Source: Diadema antillarum (taxonomy: Eukaryota). From it: a stretch of DNA of 64,000 nt. Below the pieces are notes generated by a model. The model was not told the origin of the DNA. It saw only the letters and a list, made by a program, of their open reading frames with translations, and did not search any database. This document shows positions 26,101 to 39,639 of the stretch, piece after piece. Made by a program: the position numbers and the translations under genes. The stretch is taken from positions 1,178,001 to 1,242,000 of the forward strand of contig NW_027270975.1 of NCBI RefSeq assembly GCF_040938485.1, written 5' to 3'. Numbering within the stretch: position 1 is the first letter of the stretch; each line of letters starts with the position of its first letter.

Positions 26101-26769
26101 TTAGAGTTATTGATATGCCCCTTTAAATTCATGCCTCCTTACATATTTACTCCCTAGTCTCTTGTACCTAGACCCATTTGGGTTGCCCTTTTATAGTCTG
26201 TAGGAAGTGATTAATAATGTCACGATGTTAAAGTGATGTGTTTGGGTTTCATCCTTTCCCTTTCAGGGGCAGGAGCTATTTCTCTTTTCTTACAACACGG
26301 GCACTTATTTTTGGTCTTAAAGTATGCATTCAATAATGGGACATCTATTTATTGCACATATTTTTCTCATTGGTTACTACTCAAAGTATGAAATTCCAGA
26401 ATGAGATATATTTGTTGCACATATTTTTCTCAGTGGTTAATACAACAGACTAGTCTTGGGAAATCTTCTTGGTGCCATACAAAATGCATGAGGAGTAAAT
26501 GTGTGTCAAATATTGAAATTTGATAAGTAACTGGCCTACCAGTGTGTGTATGCAAATGATATGACAGTCTATAGTCTCTTCTAGTCATTGGAGTGCTATG
26601 AGAAAAGGAAGAGAACTATTATGAAGGCTGTGAATCCATCTTCCAGTATTAAAAGGTCATTTTATTGTGCTCTGAAAGATGGTCATTGAAGTTTTATCAC
26701 ATTCTGTCCCTAATGTCATTTAAAAAAGATATTAAAATAATGATGATTTGTTTGTTTGCAACAGGGACA

Positions 26770-27290
26770 AAGCACCATTTTTACCTGACATCTCCAACAG
26801 CACCAAGCTCAGGAGCCTAGTAATTAGTTTAATGCAAATTGTCCTTGACTTGAAATTAGTTATCCATATTGCCACTGGCTTAATCTAATAAATGCTGAGT
26901 GATCAAAGGGCAGAAGATGAAACATTCCTTCTAGGAATATATGATATTGATCACCCTCAGATGTTCATGAGTCTCTAGGAATGCATTATGTTCCTATTGA
27001 TCAAAGAAATTAGACAGCCAATAATTCTGGTAACTTTATGGCCATGTCTACCCTATCTCTAAAGGGCCATATCATTATTCCTTGTAGCCACCTGCTCTTC
27101 ATACACTGCCTTGTTGTACATGTCTGAGACAATTAAAATCTTGTCCAGCTGCCACTCCTGTCTTTCCATAGTTCTGGTCTGTAGATATACACAATTCTCC
27201 TTGTCATGCACCATTGATAGAGTGATAATTAAAACATGGCATTGGGATGGTGGAGCGTCTTCTCATGATTAGATTTTTATTGTGTACAGT
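26770..27290 (+). mobile_element. Highly degraded L2-like LINE fragment (C-terminal ORF2 region)
   Basis: Conceptual translations LRSLVI...DLKLVIHIA and LFIHCLVVHV*DN*NLVQLP resemble the L2 motifs RNLGV..D..L...HI and LVHALV.SRLD.CNSLLYGLP. Many stops. Confidence 0.35.
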
Positions 27291-27309
27291 TGTACCTTAG
27301 ATTAATAAG

Positions 27310-28090
27310 TGCAAATGGCAGATGGCATGTTGAACAATAATGCTGAAAGGTCAAGTAGCTCAAAAAGTTTTTTCAGAGGTCATTTTCACCTTTTGAAGGA
27401 AGTCTCTGTCAGACCAATATTATTGGTTGTGATGGTGGTACTCTTTGGTCTATCAGTTGATCAGCAAGACATTCAGATTTCCTCTGTATTTGCATGTTAC
27501 ACTTTATAATGAAATTCTTTCTGCTCAACTACTTGCAATAACATGAAACCAGTTTCTCTTTTGTATTTAGACTGCCTACTGTGGAAGGTTAGATTGTTTG
27601 TATTTTTACAATACACTTTATGAAAGCTACTGATATGATCTTCATCAAAAAAGTTGCTATGGAAACCAATCAAGACAAACTTGATGTATATTATCAAAAT
27701 CGCAGAAAACCCATGAATCTTGTCTAAGGTTTATTTGAAAGAGTAGAACATTCTGGCACTAGAGAGGATGTTATTGTGGGGACATTAATCAACTGACTCA
27801 TCATTTTGGAAGTGCAGTGCAAACAGTTCTGAGATGGTCTTTGTCAGATAGGCGTGAAATGATAGTATGTTTCCACATCATTCCAACAACCGTGTTTCTG
27901 ATGAATGTGGCAGTGCTGTCCAGGGTACTCTTGGATTAGAATTCCTGGATATAAAGGATGCATATGTGTTGAAGCATTCATCATAGCATGGGCACACAAT
28001 CATCTTGATCTTTTCACATTTTTCAGTGTAATAAAGTAAATTATTGCAAGTGAAAGGGTTGCTAAATTTCCTCTCTAAATGCATATTTGA
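27310..28090 (-). mobile_element. Highly degraded CR1/L2-group LINE fragment (linker and N-terminal RT region)
   Basis: One reading frame with stops gives FNTYASFISRN..., ...PHNNIL..., ...STTITTNNIGLTE...LLDLSALL. These are collinear with the FN.YF..I / ST..A...I.E...DLSKAFD region of the intact copy at 20947-21978. Confidence 0.5.
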
Positions 28091-29222
28091 TATTTGTGAT
28101 GTACAATGCCTCCAGTATTAAAAGTTCATGGTGCATCATTATGTTTACTGATGTTAATCATGTAAAATTCTATTTGTTAATGTTTTTTGATACTTGCACA
28201 TCAGTTTTTGTTAGAGTCCAGACATTACATGCAATTTCATGACATGTTAAACAAGATGTTCTGGCCAAGGAAGAAATAAAGATATGAGGGATGATGCATT
28301 AAACGTATGATTTGATATCTGGTGTTCAAATGTATCACCTTGTTTGTGCAAATCTGGGAGTAAGTATTATTGAAATATAATGAAATCTTTAGAGGTCTTT
28401 ACCCTTGTTTATAGATATGACTTAGTGATTTAGGATGGAAATGTAGCAATGTATATCATATTTCTATGGCATGAATCATCATACGAATTACCAATGGAGC
28501 TAGTGTCTGTTATGAATCACTCAGGATGTATTGCGCATGAAGGCTGCAACTAAATAGCTGTTTAGAGAAAGATTATTGGCTGACACCACTTGTTATATGT
28601 ATGCTACATTTATGTAGGAGCTGCGGTCAATTCATAGTGATTATTTGTGTATCATTTACACATTTTACGTAAATATTTGGATTCTTGCAACCTGCCAGTA
28701 ATTAAAGGAGTCTGAACTGATAGACCAGTCATCCAGCCATGCTTACTGTCCACACAGCTGGCCCTCGTAAATAAACAGAGTAGAAATTATATTTCAATTC
28801 CCTCCCCACTATGCATACAGTGACATACACACCATTCAGGAAAGTCCAGTATAAATAAAAACCATAAAAAGACAACTTCTTTGTGTTCAATATGACTTCC
28901 CTTGATACAGTCCAGATGGAATTCTGGTGCAGAGGAAATTGGCCAGAAGAAAAAAAAAAAAAGAATGAAAAAAATGAGGCCAGAAGGCACCGTAATGATT
29001 TATGTGATTAGATGTGAAAAACGATGGTCGCCATGTCTCCCACAAACATGTCTATGTCAAGTTCTTAGTGTAGGCCTATGTATCAAAATGAGAGACTGTC
29101 GTACATTGGCATGTTTCTTTGTTGAATTACACCCAATCCATGGTGAATGACCATGTCTACTGGAATATTACTCAAAGCAGCATTTTCAGTCCCGTGAGCT
29201 GACATACCCCCTAATGATAATG

Positions 29223-29350
29223 NNNNNNNNNNNNNNNNNNNNNNNNNNNNNNNNNNNNNNNNNNNNNNNNNNNNNNNNNNNNNNNNNNNNNNNNNNNNNN
29301 NNNNNNNNNNNNNNNNNNNNNNNNNNNNNNNNNNNNNNNNNNNNNNNNNN
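29223..29350. other. Assembly gap (N run)
   Basis: 128 N. Confidence 1.
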
Positions 29351-32300
29351 AATTATGACTCTTTCTAATATCAAGTGACACCTTCACATTTATTCCTTCC
29401 CTTTGACATACTTTGTGTTGCAACATTTTTTTATTCTCTTAAATCCACCACGTGTGCTTTTGTTTTTCAGACACAACTTGATACAAACAATGCTGTGTAA
29501 GTGGTCATGGTTAGATGATGCATTTTATTATTCTGTTCCAGGGTGAGGTTTCCCTTTTCCTTCCGATCTGACGTCTTCCTCTAGGCCTACATTTATCTAA
29601 AATGGATCTGTTGCCCAAATGTGTCAAGTCGTAGTGATGTACACAATCGGCCAATCAGGATTTGTACTTGTTTATGCTTAATCTCATATTTCTGTCATTA
29701 TGATCACCAACTGAAGATCAGGAAAATATCAGCACCATGGCCTTAGTACAGTACTATCCTCTTACTTATATTACAATGTGTGTCTGCACACCGTTTTGCA
29801 GAAGTATGGTTTTTGTGTGTGTGCACAGGGTAATAACCCTTGTATAATCACAGTTTGTTTGGGGTTTTTTGTGTGGATATTCTACCCCAACAGCATCATA
29901 ATGAATGATATAAATAATTTGGTCATGGACCAGTAAGTTAGCTGGTAACAAGAAGAATACCTCCCTCCTCTCCCCCATCCCACACGCAGAGCTCTGATTC
30001 TGGACACTGACTGTCCTCAGATAAAAGGACAAAGAATGAACATGTACTCATCACAGATGACATACTTTGTATAATAATGATAATGACAATATACAATTAA
30101 CAAAAACCAACAACAACAACCCTTGCATGGCTTTGCCTCATTGGTTGACTCGACACAAAGGACATTAAAATGAAATTGAGGAATGAGATCATAGCTGTCG
30201 ACGCAAACCTCCAAGGAGTCATATTGGAGCACGATACAAAGAAACACTGAGAAACCATCATACCAGGCTACCTCTATGGAATTCCCAGTCATTATCTATT
30301 TCTCTGTGTTACACTGTGATATATTTCTCTGTACAAATATCTATGCAACTGTTTTTGCCTCCACCCAGTGTTCAAAAGTGGGATTGGGATGGGTTTAGCA
30401 AAGATGTGATAGTGTAGCTTTCTTTCCCCCCCCCCCATACTTTTTTTTTCTTGTTAGTAAATTGCTGGCCATGATGACTCATTTTGAACGTAATGCAGGA
30501 AAATTATCGTTATGCCGTTGGGTGTTTGTGTGTGGTTTTTAGGAATATGCAGTGCTGGGACTCTAATGCTTAATGGTGGTGGATTGAGTTAAGGTTGAGA
30601 GAGAGAGAGAGAGGGTAAGACAGAGGGAAGGAAATTTGGATTGTGAGAGAGCAATATTGAAATGGCAAAATAGATAATAAAGGGGGCATATGTGCATCGA
30701 CGTTGTGAAGAACAGAGAAATGTGGGGATCAGAGGGGAACAGAATATATTCAAGATGAGCATTATGGTATTGCGAATGATAGATGAGAAGAGAGAGAGGG
30801 GGAAAAAGAGAGAGAGAGAATTGGAGTGGAATATTTCAATGAGGCACTCAGAATAAGAGATTGTATTGAATGTCAAAATAAGAGACTGAAATTTTGGATG
30901 GCAGAGGGCAAAGATGATAACTCTAGAGGAACAGGTGTGATGACATTAGACACAGAAAATGAGGGGCAAGGGTGATAGAAAAGATGAGAAAATTAATTAT
31001 TTCAAATATCGGTATATGAACAGTCTAAATATTATAGAGGAACAGATTTGGAGAAGGATTTTTTTTTTCCATATTGGAGAAAGCTGTGCTCATTGTAAGC
31101 ATTATCCAATGTTGCAGCTTAGTTGATTTCTTTTTTTTTAAAAGTAAGATAGTTTAATTTACTTTTGGAAAATGTTACCTTCTTAATACTTGTCTTAACT
31201 TACTCAATCTCTCTCTATTTTTTCTTGCATTTCAATGACATTCCTTACTTTCAGGTTTGTTTCCTTTATTTGCATAGAATACTGGATTAAACCATGAGCC
31301 ATTTAGTTTGTCAAGATGTGAAATTTTAATTTCATAGTTTACTATTTACCTTCAACTGAATAAAATAATGGTCAGAAATTACAAAATTAGTAAGGGAAGG
31401 GGTCAATGAGAAGGCAAGTTGACATGTTTCAAATTCATTTCAGGACAGGACAATATAAATGGTAAGATATAAATGTGAAAAGAGACTTCAATCTCTGAAA
31501 CTCATTATACTTGCAGAAATATACCCTAGAACTGCATATATCCAGAGCCTGACCTGCCACTGACCTGTCTTTCTTGTTTGTCTGTGATCTAACTATTTAC
31601 TTGGTAGGAAGATGCTGAAAGAGTCTGTGGTTTTGTGGTGGGGGAATCCTGAACTTCCTCTCAAACCACAAAGTGACATAAGGGGATGCCAAGTTGGACA
31701 TATGTGAGGTCAATGTACTTCAGCAATACTCAATCAATTTGTGTTGGTATGTTGCTAAGTGTATTAGCCTTTCCTGCAGATGTAAGCATTTGTGAAATGT
31801 GTGTGTATGTGAAAGGAGAGAGAGTGTGTGTACGTGCATTCATGTGTGTGTCAAAGATAAAGAATGAAATGATACAGCTTGCAATTTTTCAATGTAATGA
31901 TGTTTAAAATTTAACTTTGTGCTTGCTGCAAGTGATAATTCTTTTGATATGATCTTCACAAAAAAAACCCACACACATTCAGCACATGTACATGGCATAC
32001 AGGAAAATTAAGAAAAGAGTGACAAAGGCAGTCTTGTAAAATCACCATATAATAGTCTTCATTCAAGTCACATGTCATTAATTATGTTACCAGAAAAATC
32101 CTCTTATTACCTTACTTTGGCTAAGATAGATGCATGTCTTTGTGTTGACATGCACTGTTAATCATTTGTAGACCCTTGATGGAAATGTCTGGTAATTTAT
32201 CATCTATACCTACTCATCCTTTTAAAGCTTTTATGTACTGATCTTATTGATTGCCATGCTTCCATACGTAGTAATTTGTAGAACATTTTAGAAGGTGTGA

Positions 32301-32727
32301 TAGATGTTATGTCCAGTATTTAATTACATATATGTGTATGTGATAAAAAAACCCCTAAAATGACTTTGAAATGCTCCATCCTGCCATGAAGGGCATGTTT
32401 TAAGAAACAAAGCAACGAACAGGTTAGTAATTATATTCTTCATCAGCCACCAGGATGCGTCATGGATGTTAAACTTCTAAGTTTGTTTCTGAAGCAGATA
32501 ATCACACAAGGTTACATCTAGGTTATGTTCGGATGGATTGCAAACCTAACATTTTTGTGATAGTATGACAAACTGAGACTTAAGATATATTTTATTATCT
32601 TGGTGCATTCAATTACCAGGTATATGTACCATATAAATATGAATAAAGATAGCCTTTTGGGAAATTTGGTGGTCCGACATCAATTCTCAGTGGGGCCCCA
32701 TGCAGGACACTGCTAATGTCGAGCCTT

Positions 32728-32730
<3 letters not shown>

Positions 32731-32773
<43 letters not shown>
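32731..32773. repeat. (TA)n microsatellite flanking a mariner-type MITE
   Basis: Pure AT run. Confidence 0.95.
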
Positions 32774-32776
<3 letters not shown>

Positions 32777-32858
32777 TCAAACCTGCCTTAGCAGCCACCT
32801 GTCTATAGCGGCCACTTTTTTCGTCTCCCTTGGGGGGTGGCCGCTATAGACAGGTTTG

Positions 32859-32862
<4 letters not shown>
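32774..32862 (+). mobile_element. 89-bp Tc1/mariner-type MITE (deletion derivative of the 32909-33465 family)
   Basis: TA-flanked. Termini cagtcaaacctg / caggtttgattg. Consists of the 5' end joined to the 3' end of the long element at the repeated motif acctgtctatagcggccac. Confidence 0.88.

Positions 32863-32908
<46 letters not shown>
32863..32908. repeat. (TA)n microsatellite between two MITEs
   Basis: Pure TA run of 46 nt. Confidence 0.95.
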
Positions 32909-32911
<3 letters not shown>

Positions 32912-33465
32912 TCAAACCTGCCTTAGCGGCCACCTCTCTATAGCGGCCACCTGTCTATAGCGGCCACTGAAAAATCTCCCCGAGAGAAAAGCAATGTTAA
33001 AGACCCTGTGTATAGCGGCCACCTGTCTAACGCGGCCAGCGGCCACAAATTTTGTTTCCCGTGGTAGATTTTAACCTGTCTATAGCGACCAAAAACTCGA
33101 TGGAGCCGTAGCCGAGCCGATAATTCAGCATGTTTTTCTTCTTGTTAGCCGTGCCAGTCATTCCTGGGCAATGTTCAGTGATCGCCATCGTTGCAAACAT
33201 CACTTATTCAGTCACAATAATGCACTAGTGTTAAGCTTTCTTCATGACTGTGCACATGCTACATGTACTGTGCAACAATTTCATAAACACCGGCATTGTT
33301 CTATGTATGATACACACATGTGCATACGTACACACATACATGTACATGTAAGTATATATAGATGTATACAACGATGATACATGTTACCTGTCTATAGCGG
33401 CCACCTGTCTATAACGGCCACTTTTCCCGTATCCCTTGGGTGGCCGCTATAGACAGGTTTGACTG
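32909..33465 (+). mobile_element. 557-bp Tc1/mariner(pogo)-type MITE
   Basis: TA TSD context. 12-bp perfect TIR cagtcaaacctg / caggtttgactg, extending to ~26 bp. At least six internal copies of (a)cctgtctatagcggccac. Confidence 0.9.
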
Positions 33466-34330
33466 TATATATATATATTTTTTTTTTTATATATGATTTT
33501 GGCAAATGTAAGGGCACCAAAGCAAGAAACCACACCCAGGTATCATGTTCCTGATTTTGGAAGAAAAATGCTACAATGGAGTTGACACTTCATTTCCCCA
33601 AGTGTTATTAACTGTGACCCTATCCATTACCATCTTACTTTGAGGAAAATGTACTCAGAGTCCTGCTTGTGAGCTGCTTACTTCAGTCTGTTGTTTACAC
33701 AGTTAAATGAGAGGTTATTAAACCTTTTGTTGAAGTAATTTGATCATTATCTGCAAGGTTATTACACAGCTTACCTCCACACCAAAGAAATGGATCTCAT
33801 TTCACTTGACCGCTGACAGAAAAAAATATGAAGTTTGATATTCAGAATCTTGTTCTGAATATAAAAAGGAGAGTCTTGATTTCTTTACAACTTTCTAGTT
33901 TCTCCAGAATTTGTTATCATTTAGACGTAGCAAAGAGGACTGTTCACACTAAATTTACACTAGTCACACAACAGTGAGAGTTACAATAGTAACAATAGCT
34001 GCCAAAAACATCATGCAAAGGTTGCTGTTGTGGTTTGCAGTATAAACCCAAACTACACATAATTCAAAATTTTGTCACATGTAATTAAAATGTGTATGTG
34101 CTGGTTAGACTATTGTGATATCATGTTTATGTTAAAATCTTCAACATATTATCAATTTGCTTTTCAGAGTATGTATGGATGAAACTGAAGGAATGAGTGC
34201 CCCCCCCCCCCATACTTACAGAATGTTGCACCTGTTGCAAGAGACTTCAATGAGAACAGCTGAGGAATGTAGATAATGTGTCAACTAAAGTCAATTATTC
34301 TCAGCTGACAAGGCTGTGCTCAAGACTATA

Positions 34331-34723
34331 GGGCCATTCTCATTGCAAAAAATCGCGATATGAAAACTCGCGATGTTTTACCTTTGTGTCCACATTGGCA
34401 GGTAAACATCCCAAAGTTAGCTCCGGTGCCAACAATCGCGATCTTTCATGACGTACTGAGCATGCCCAGTTTACTCCAATCGCGCGCTCGGCCTTTGTTT
34501 GGGGTCAAGCGGATATTGAAGTCACGTGAGTAATATTGCGATATTTCTGCTGCGTGTGTTCTCATTGCAAAACTCCTTGCGAAGTTTCGCTCGAAGTTAG
34601 AAAAATCGCACTCCGTCTTGCGATTTTTCGGGCGATGGTTTAGTGAGAGTTGCTAGGCAACTTTCACTGTAACTTCGCGATTTTTCTAATATCGTGAGTT
34701 TTCACCTGCAATGAGAATGGCCC
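34331..34723. mobile_element. 393-bp CpG-rich MITE (superfamily uncertain)
   Basis: Perfect 17-bp TIR gggccattctcattgca / tgcaatgagaatggccc, flanked by TA on both sides. Many tcgcga motifs and an internal TIR-like copy at ~34560. Confidence 0.85.
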
Positions 34724-35406
34724 TATTAGTGAAGGTTTCAGCCAATACCCAAAGATATTGCCCTTATACCAAAGTTTAACTTTGGTATCAGATGGTGTAG
34801 TATTACTTGTGCAATCTGAGTGATACTGTAATGCATACCAGTCCTTGGAGAAAAAAAAAAATGCTCCATGTTTGAAATCAACTGTGACATGCAAATGTGA
34901 ATTCAAGTTTATGCAGTTAGAATCCAGAAATGAAAATAATTTTGTGACCGGATGTATTTAATTACCTTATGGGGTGCGGTTTACTTCATCAAAATTGTGA
35001 GGTTGGTTCTAGCAATGTATGAAGTACACTTAAAAATCTGTGTACCATGAGGTATAAGGAAAAATCAAACCAAATTTTTTCTTTGTTGTAGTCATCGTAA
35101 CTATAGACACGATGGTTTCTTGAGTAATCAGGATAAAATTGTACTGATAATGTTTTATCACCGGGTTGATGTATGTCAGTGTAGGATATAACTTGTCCAT
35201 GCTTTGCTGAGTTAATTTTGTCCTTTTTTCACTCTTGATAAGCTTCAGGCTGAACCACAATTAATGCATCTACAGTGTAGCTATTTTAGAGCCGAGGAAT
35301 GTTTTCCACTACACAGATAATTCAGAGTTAAAATATTTCTTTAAAATAATGTGAGGAATAATTTATTGAACAGCACACTATTCATGGACTCCCAGGAGAC
35401 TCTTAA

Positions 35407-35975
35407 AGGACAAGTTCACCTTCATAAACATAAGGATTGAGAGAATGCAACAATATTAGTAGAGCACATCAGTGAAAGTTTGAGGAAAATTGGACAATCG
35501 ATGCATAAGTTATGAATTTTTAAATTTTTTGTGTTGGAACCGCTGGATGAGGAGACTACTACAGATTGTGAGTCATATGCGTACAACAGTATAAAGAAAA
35601 TGTAAAAGAAAATTCAGCATATTTTCACTTTTTTCGCATAATAAAAGAGCTCTTGACTTGCCTCTTTCTAAAGGCAGGGGGAATAATATTACCCATAACA
35701 TTTGTCGGTAACGAGTCAGGGGAATGTGTACTTTTTCCAAAAGATGGCATTTTGTGAAATTCTCTTTATATTTTCCTTATATTGTTGTACGCATGTGACA
35801 TCTAAGTTATTCATACACTGGAGTAGTCTTCTCATCCAGCGGTTACTGCACAAAAACTTCAAAAATTCATAACTTTTGAACGGATTATCTGATTTTCCTC
35901 AAACTTTCAATGATGTGTTCTACTAATATTGCTACATTCTCTCAGTCCTTATGTTTATGAAGGTGAACTTGTCCT
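35407..35975. mobile_element. 569-bp Kolobok-type fold-back MITE
   Basis: TTAA TSDs at 35403-35406 and 35976-35979 with 5'-AG (RR) termini. 30-bp perfect TIR aggacaagttcaccttcataaacataagga. Arms are similar over ~200 bp. Confidence 0.88.
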
Positions 35976-36699
35976 TTAAGTTAGGCTGACTATTCCTACA
36001 TGAAACCCACAGGACAGAACTTGAATACTGGGATTGATAAAAGTTGAGCTCTCTATTTCAATTTCCCATGACTCCTTCCTTCATCCTCCTTTCCCTGTTG
36101 TGTGCTAAGCACTACAAATATGTCTAGTTTTCAAGAAACAAACCCCAAACAAACATCTGCCTTCACTTCCTGCTGTCAATATTTTGCTTTGTGCAACTAA
36201 ATCACTCTCACATATTTCAGTGAACTAAACTACATCATGAATATTGTTCATGCAAATGTTTTTTTTTTTGTTTATCAAGATGGTTTATTACTGAAAAAAA
36301 TTACTTTAAAGATATCTACCCATATTGATTACAATATGTCAGTACTTTTTATGACAGAGTTTCAAAAGATTTTCAGAAATATGAACAGTACATAAGTCAA
36401 CTTTTTAAACAATAACGTGTGGATGTTTCTTTCTTGATAATCACAGATAAGGAGATTCTATTTCTCAGTTACACACTAAGAATGTATCGAGAATTAAAAT
36501 GAATTAGAGGTTCTCTGTAAGTGAGCCACCAGGCATATTTATGTTTTGTTTCATATCATGTTGCATTTTGTTTCAATCATTATTTCATCTTAGATTTGCT
36601 TCCAGCTAATGATAGCTCCTGATTTTGACCTTGTCTGCATTCAATCACATCCCTGAAAAAAATGTGTATTCCACGATGGCGATTTCAGCCACTCTCAAA

Positions 36700-36775
36700 A
36701 TTGTCAGTAAATCCCAAATCATGAAAAATTAGACTCGCTATCAAAATATTTGGCAGTTTGATACTGTACAGTGTA
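36700..36775 (-). mobile_element. Degenerate end fragment of the 48311-48534 MITE family
   Basis: aaaattagactcgcta..aaatatttggc matches the reverse complement of the 48311 left end. Confidence 0.5.
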
Positions 36776-37297
36776 TCACTGAAATAAGTATGAACACCTA
36801 TTTTGAATGTTCATTTATGAAATATGTGGATGCTGTATCACATAGTATGTTTGAAATAACTTTTAGAGGTTGTGTCCCATTTTCATGTATGCAACATATA
36901 AGCAAGTGATTTCATGATATGGAGGAGATACTATAGGTCCTACATGTACATATATATGCAATCTGAGTAACTGGAACCACAGGCCTACTACTACTATAGT
37001 ATTTACTTCTCAAGTTCTACTTCATTTCAAGCTATATTTTGATAGAAAAATGTGTAAATACATTGGATTGCAGTTGATTCAAGGTGTAGCTCCGTGGACC
37101 TGGTAAGATGTTCAGAAAGGTTTATACAAGTGGAGCTCTGTGTCATTGTCAGTGACAAACCTACTTCTGATTCGTCATGCCCATGATAAGTTGAAGAGAG
37201 AAGAATTATGGCAGAGAGAGCTCCTGCTGTGATCCAGGGTTATGTGACAACAAACCAGTGAGAAATTATCTTAGGCATGTGAGTGAGAGTTTGCATT

Positions 37298-37308
37298 TGT
37301 GTGCGTGC

Positions 37309-37370
<62 letters not shown>
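37298..37370. repeat. (TG)n / (TGCG)n microsatellite
   Basis: Long GT run. Further GT runs lie at ~37488-37558. Confidence 0.95.
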
Positions 37371-37373
<3 letters not shown>

Positions 37374-37483
37374 GGTGATACCCAAAAGTTGATGTTTGTG
37401 GTACTATATGCATGGAAGTGAATAAGTATCATTTCAAAAAAAAAAAAAAAATGGGTGTGTGTGAGAGTGTTGTGTATATGAAA

Positions 37484-37521
<38 letters not shown>

Positions 37522-39224
37522 AAGATGTTTCGGGTTGTTTGAGTGTGTGTGTGTGTGTAAGTTTGTGCTTAAATACATATTATTCTTTTATCCGTATCTC
37601 TCTTCAATACATTCATGTAGTGACATTAAGCAGTCTTTAAATGTTTTTCAAGAAATTGTGCTTGTGTGAAAGTAATAATGTCATGACACAAATGTGACAA
37701 GAATATTTATTTGTTTTATGAAATCATTCTTGGAAGAGTTACAACAAATACTGACAGGAAAAAAGAAAAACACTGTTTGGTATCTAGAGAAGCTACCATG
37801 GCACTTCAAAAGTTTCTGCAATGGCATGCAATTATCGCAATATTGCCTTTGACCCATGGAGCTAGAGATTTTTGGTACATGCCTTTGACAGATACGTGCA
37901 TTGGAATGAGAAATGAGGCTACCAATTGATATAACATATGACATGAGAAAGGTTCTAAGTGACAAGCATGGGGGGGGGGGGCGGTTAGTGGAGATAGATC
38001 CCAAATTAAAACAAAATGTGGCAGTCTGGTTCTTACAGCCCAATCAACATAGCTTTCTTCACTGATCCATTTCAAGTTAAGTGACTGCTAATTAGCCACA
38101 GATGAGGATTTAATTATCCCTCTTTGACCCTAGATGGCCCAGTTCAGATTTTAAAGATTATCAGACCACTGATGAACAAATATTTGACTAATGACAGACT
38201 TATTGTTTCGATTGTAGTGTTGATTATGATATTTTCATGCTAGTGTGAGTAGTGTCCATTCATCAGATTATTAATCAGGGATGCTATGCAGAAGAAGAAT
38301 TCTTCTCAGAACTGTATCAATGAATGATCATGCAAGTGTTGTTCATCTTTTTAGTGCCCCTGCATGTTGATTTGCTTGCAAAATTCTTTTATAGTGGTTT
38401 CAAGCTAAATTCACTCACAAAGTTAGGAATATTGATACTCTATTAGTGGAAAAGTCAGCAACGAAAATAGGATTCCATTGGGATATTGATGCTCAGTAGG
38501 CCCTACAATGTACATCATCTTATGATGGATATCCCAACAAATGGCTTTTCTTTGGAATTGATATTGTAAATACAGACTCTAGAAAAATTGTATGTCAATA
38601 CATTATTTATAGACTTTTTGTGGACAGAAGTTTTAAGTGTGAATGGGTTCAAGGTGATTTACTATGTGACCATGCTGAAGCGGCCATTGGTTAGGATGTG
38701 TGATGGCCAGTAAAGCAGGATGGGCCAGGAACAAAATGTCTGGAATGCCCCTCAGAAATGCCCTAATGATGTTTGCCACTATTTTGCTTGTGTCATATAT
38801 CCTGCTAATATGTGTGACCCTGTTTACATTGGGACAGCAAGATCAATATCGTAGCATTGCTGGATATCAGGCTGCCCCATGGGTCTCTCTGCATCACTTG
38901 CATAGACTTGGAATGTAAAAGTGGTGAGTGAAGCTGTGATGTGATGTGGGCTACACCATAAGCATCGTGTAGGGATGGTCCAGTTTCACAGAAGTAACTG
39001 CTGCCAATTTTCTTTATGGTCAGAGAGCATGTGCCTATGACATGCACTTGTATCTTACATTATAAAGCTTGTCCTCATATCCCTTTGAATTTTGTGCATT
39101 TATGCAAATTTATTTACATGATTACATCAGTTTAATTCATAAGTGCAATTCATGTATATATTTTAATCTGTATGCATATGTAAATGGAAGGATGGAATTT
39201 AATGATATAAGCATTGATAATACA

Positions 39225-39490
39225 AAACATGATGATGAGTTTAAGGAGAAGGAAGATGAAGAGGAAGAAGAAGAGGACAAGTTTTATAAGAAATGGATGA
39301 TGGTGGAGGTAATGATGATGGCGATGATAGTATTGATGATGGTGATAATGGAAGTGGTGGTGGTGTTGATGGTGGTGGTGATGGTAATGGTGGTATTGGT
39401 GGTATTGGTGAGGTTAGTGATATTTGGAGTGGTGGTAGTGATGCTGGTGATGGCGGTGGTGATGGAGGTATTGATGATGGTGCAAGAAGG
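39225..39490. repeat. Degenerate (GAT/GGT/GAA)n low-complexity tract
   Basis: Triplet repeats. They explain ORFs 39069-39566, 39284-39532 and 39293-39493. Confidence 0.85.
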
Positions 39491-39639
39491 TGAGAGTGGC
39501 ATTGATATCATAGTGATAAAAGATAAGTCCACTTCTTGCCATCATCAGTTCAGTCTTGTAATGTAGACCTACCTTGCTGTTCTCTTCATCATGCCAGTAT
39601 AAATCAAACTGAGAGATCTTGTATCACTTTAAAAAGGAC

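Noticed and set aside
29186-29426. ORFs spanning the first N gap (likewise 61634-62092 and overlapping ORFs at the second gap)
   Set aside because: Artefacts of translating N runs.
37074-37102. 29-nt exon-like segment with a GTAAGA donor
   Set aside because: Poor polypyrimidine tract and frame-shifting length.
38700-38918. ORF resembling a type II membrane protein N-terminus (MASKAGW...LLVSYILLICVTLF)
   Set aside because: No splice donor in a fitting position, no downstream domain, and an AT-rich background readily yields hydrophobic runs.
39069-39566. 165-aa acidic then hydrophobic ORF (also 13937-14275)
   Set aside because: Translation of (GAT/GGT/GAA)n low-complexity DNA.
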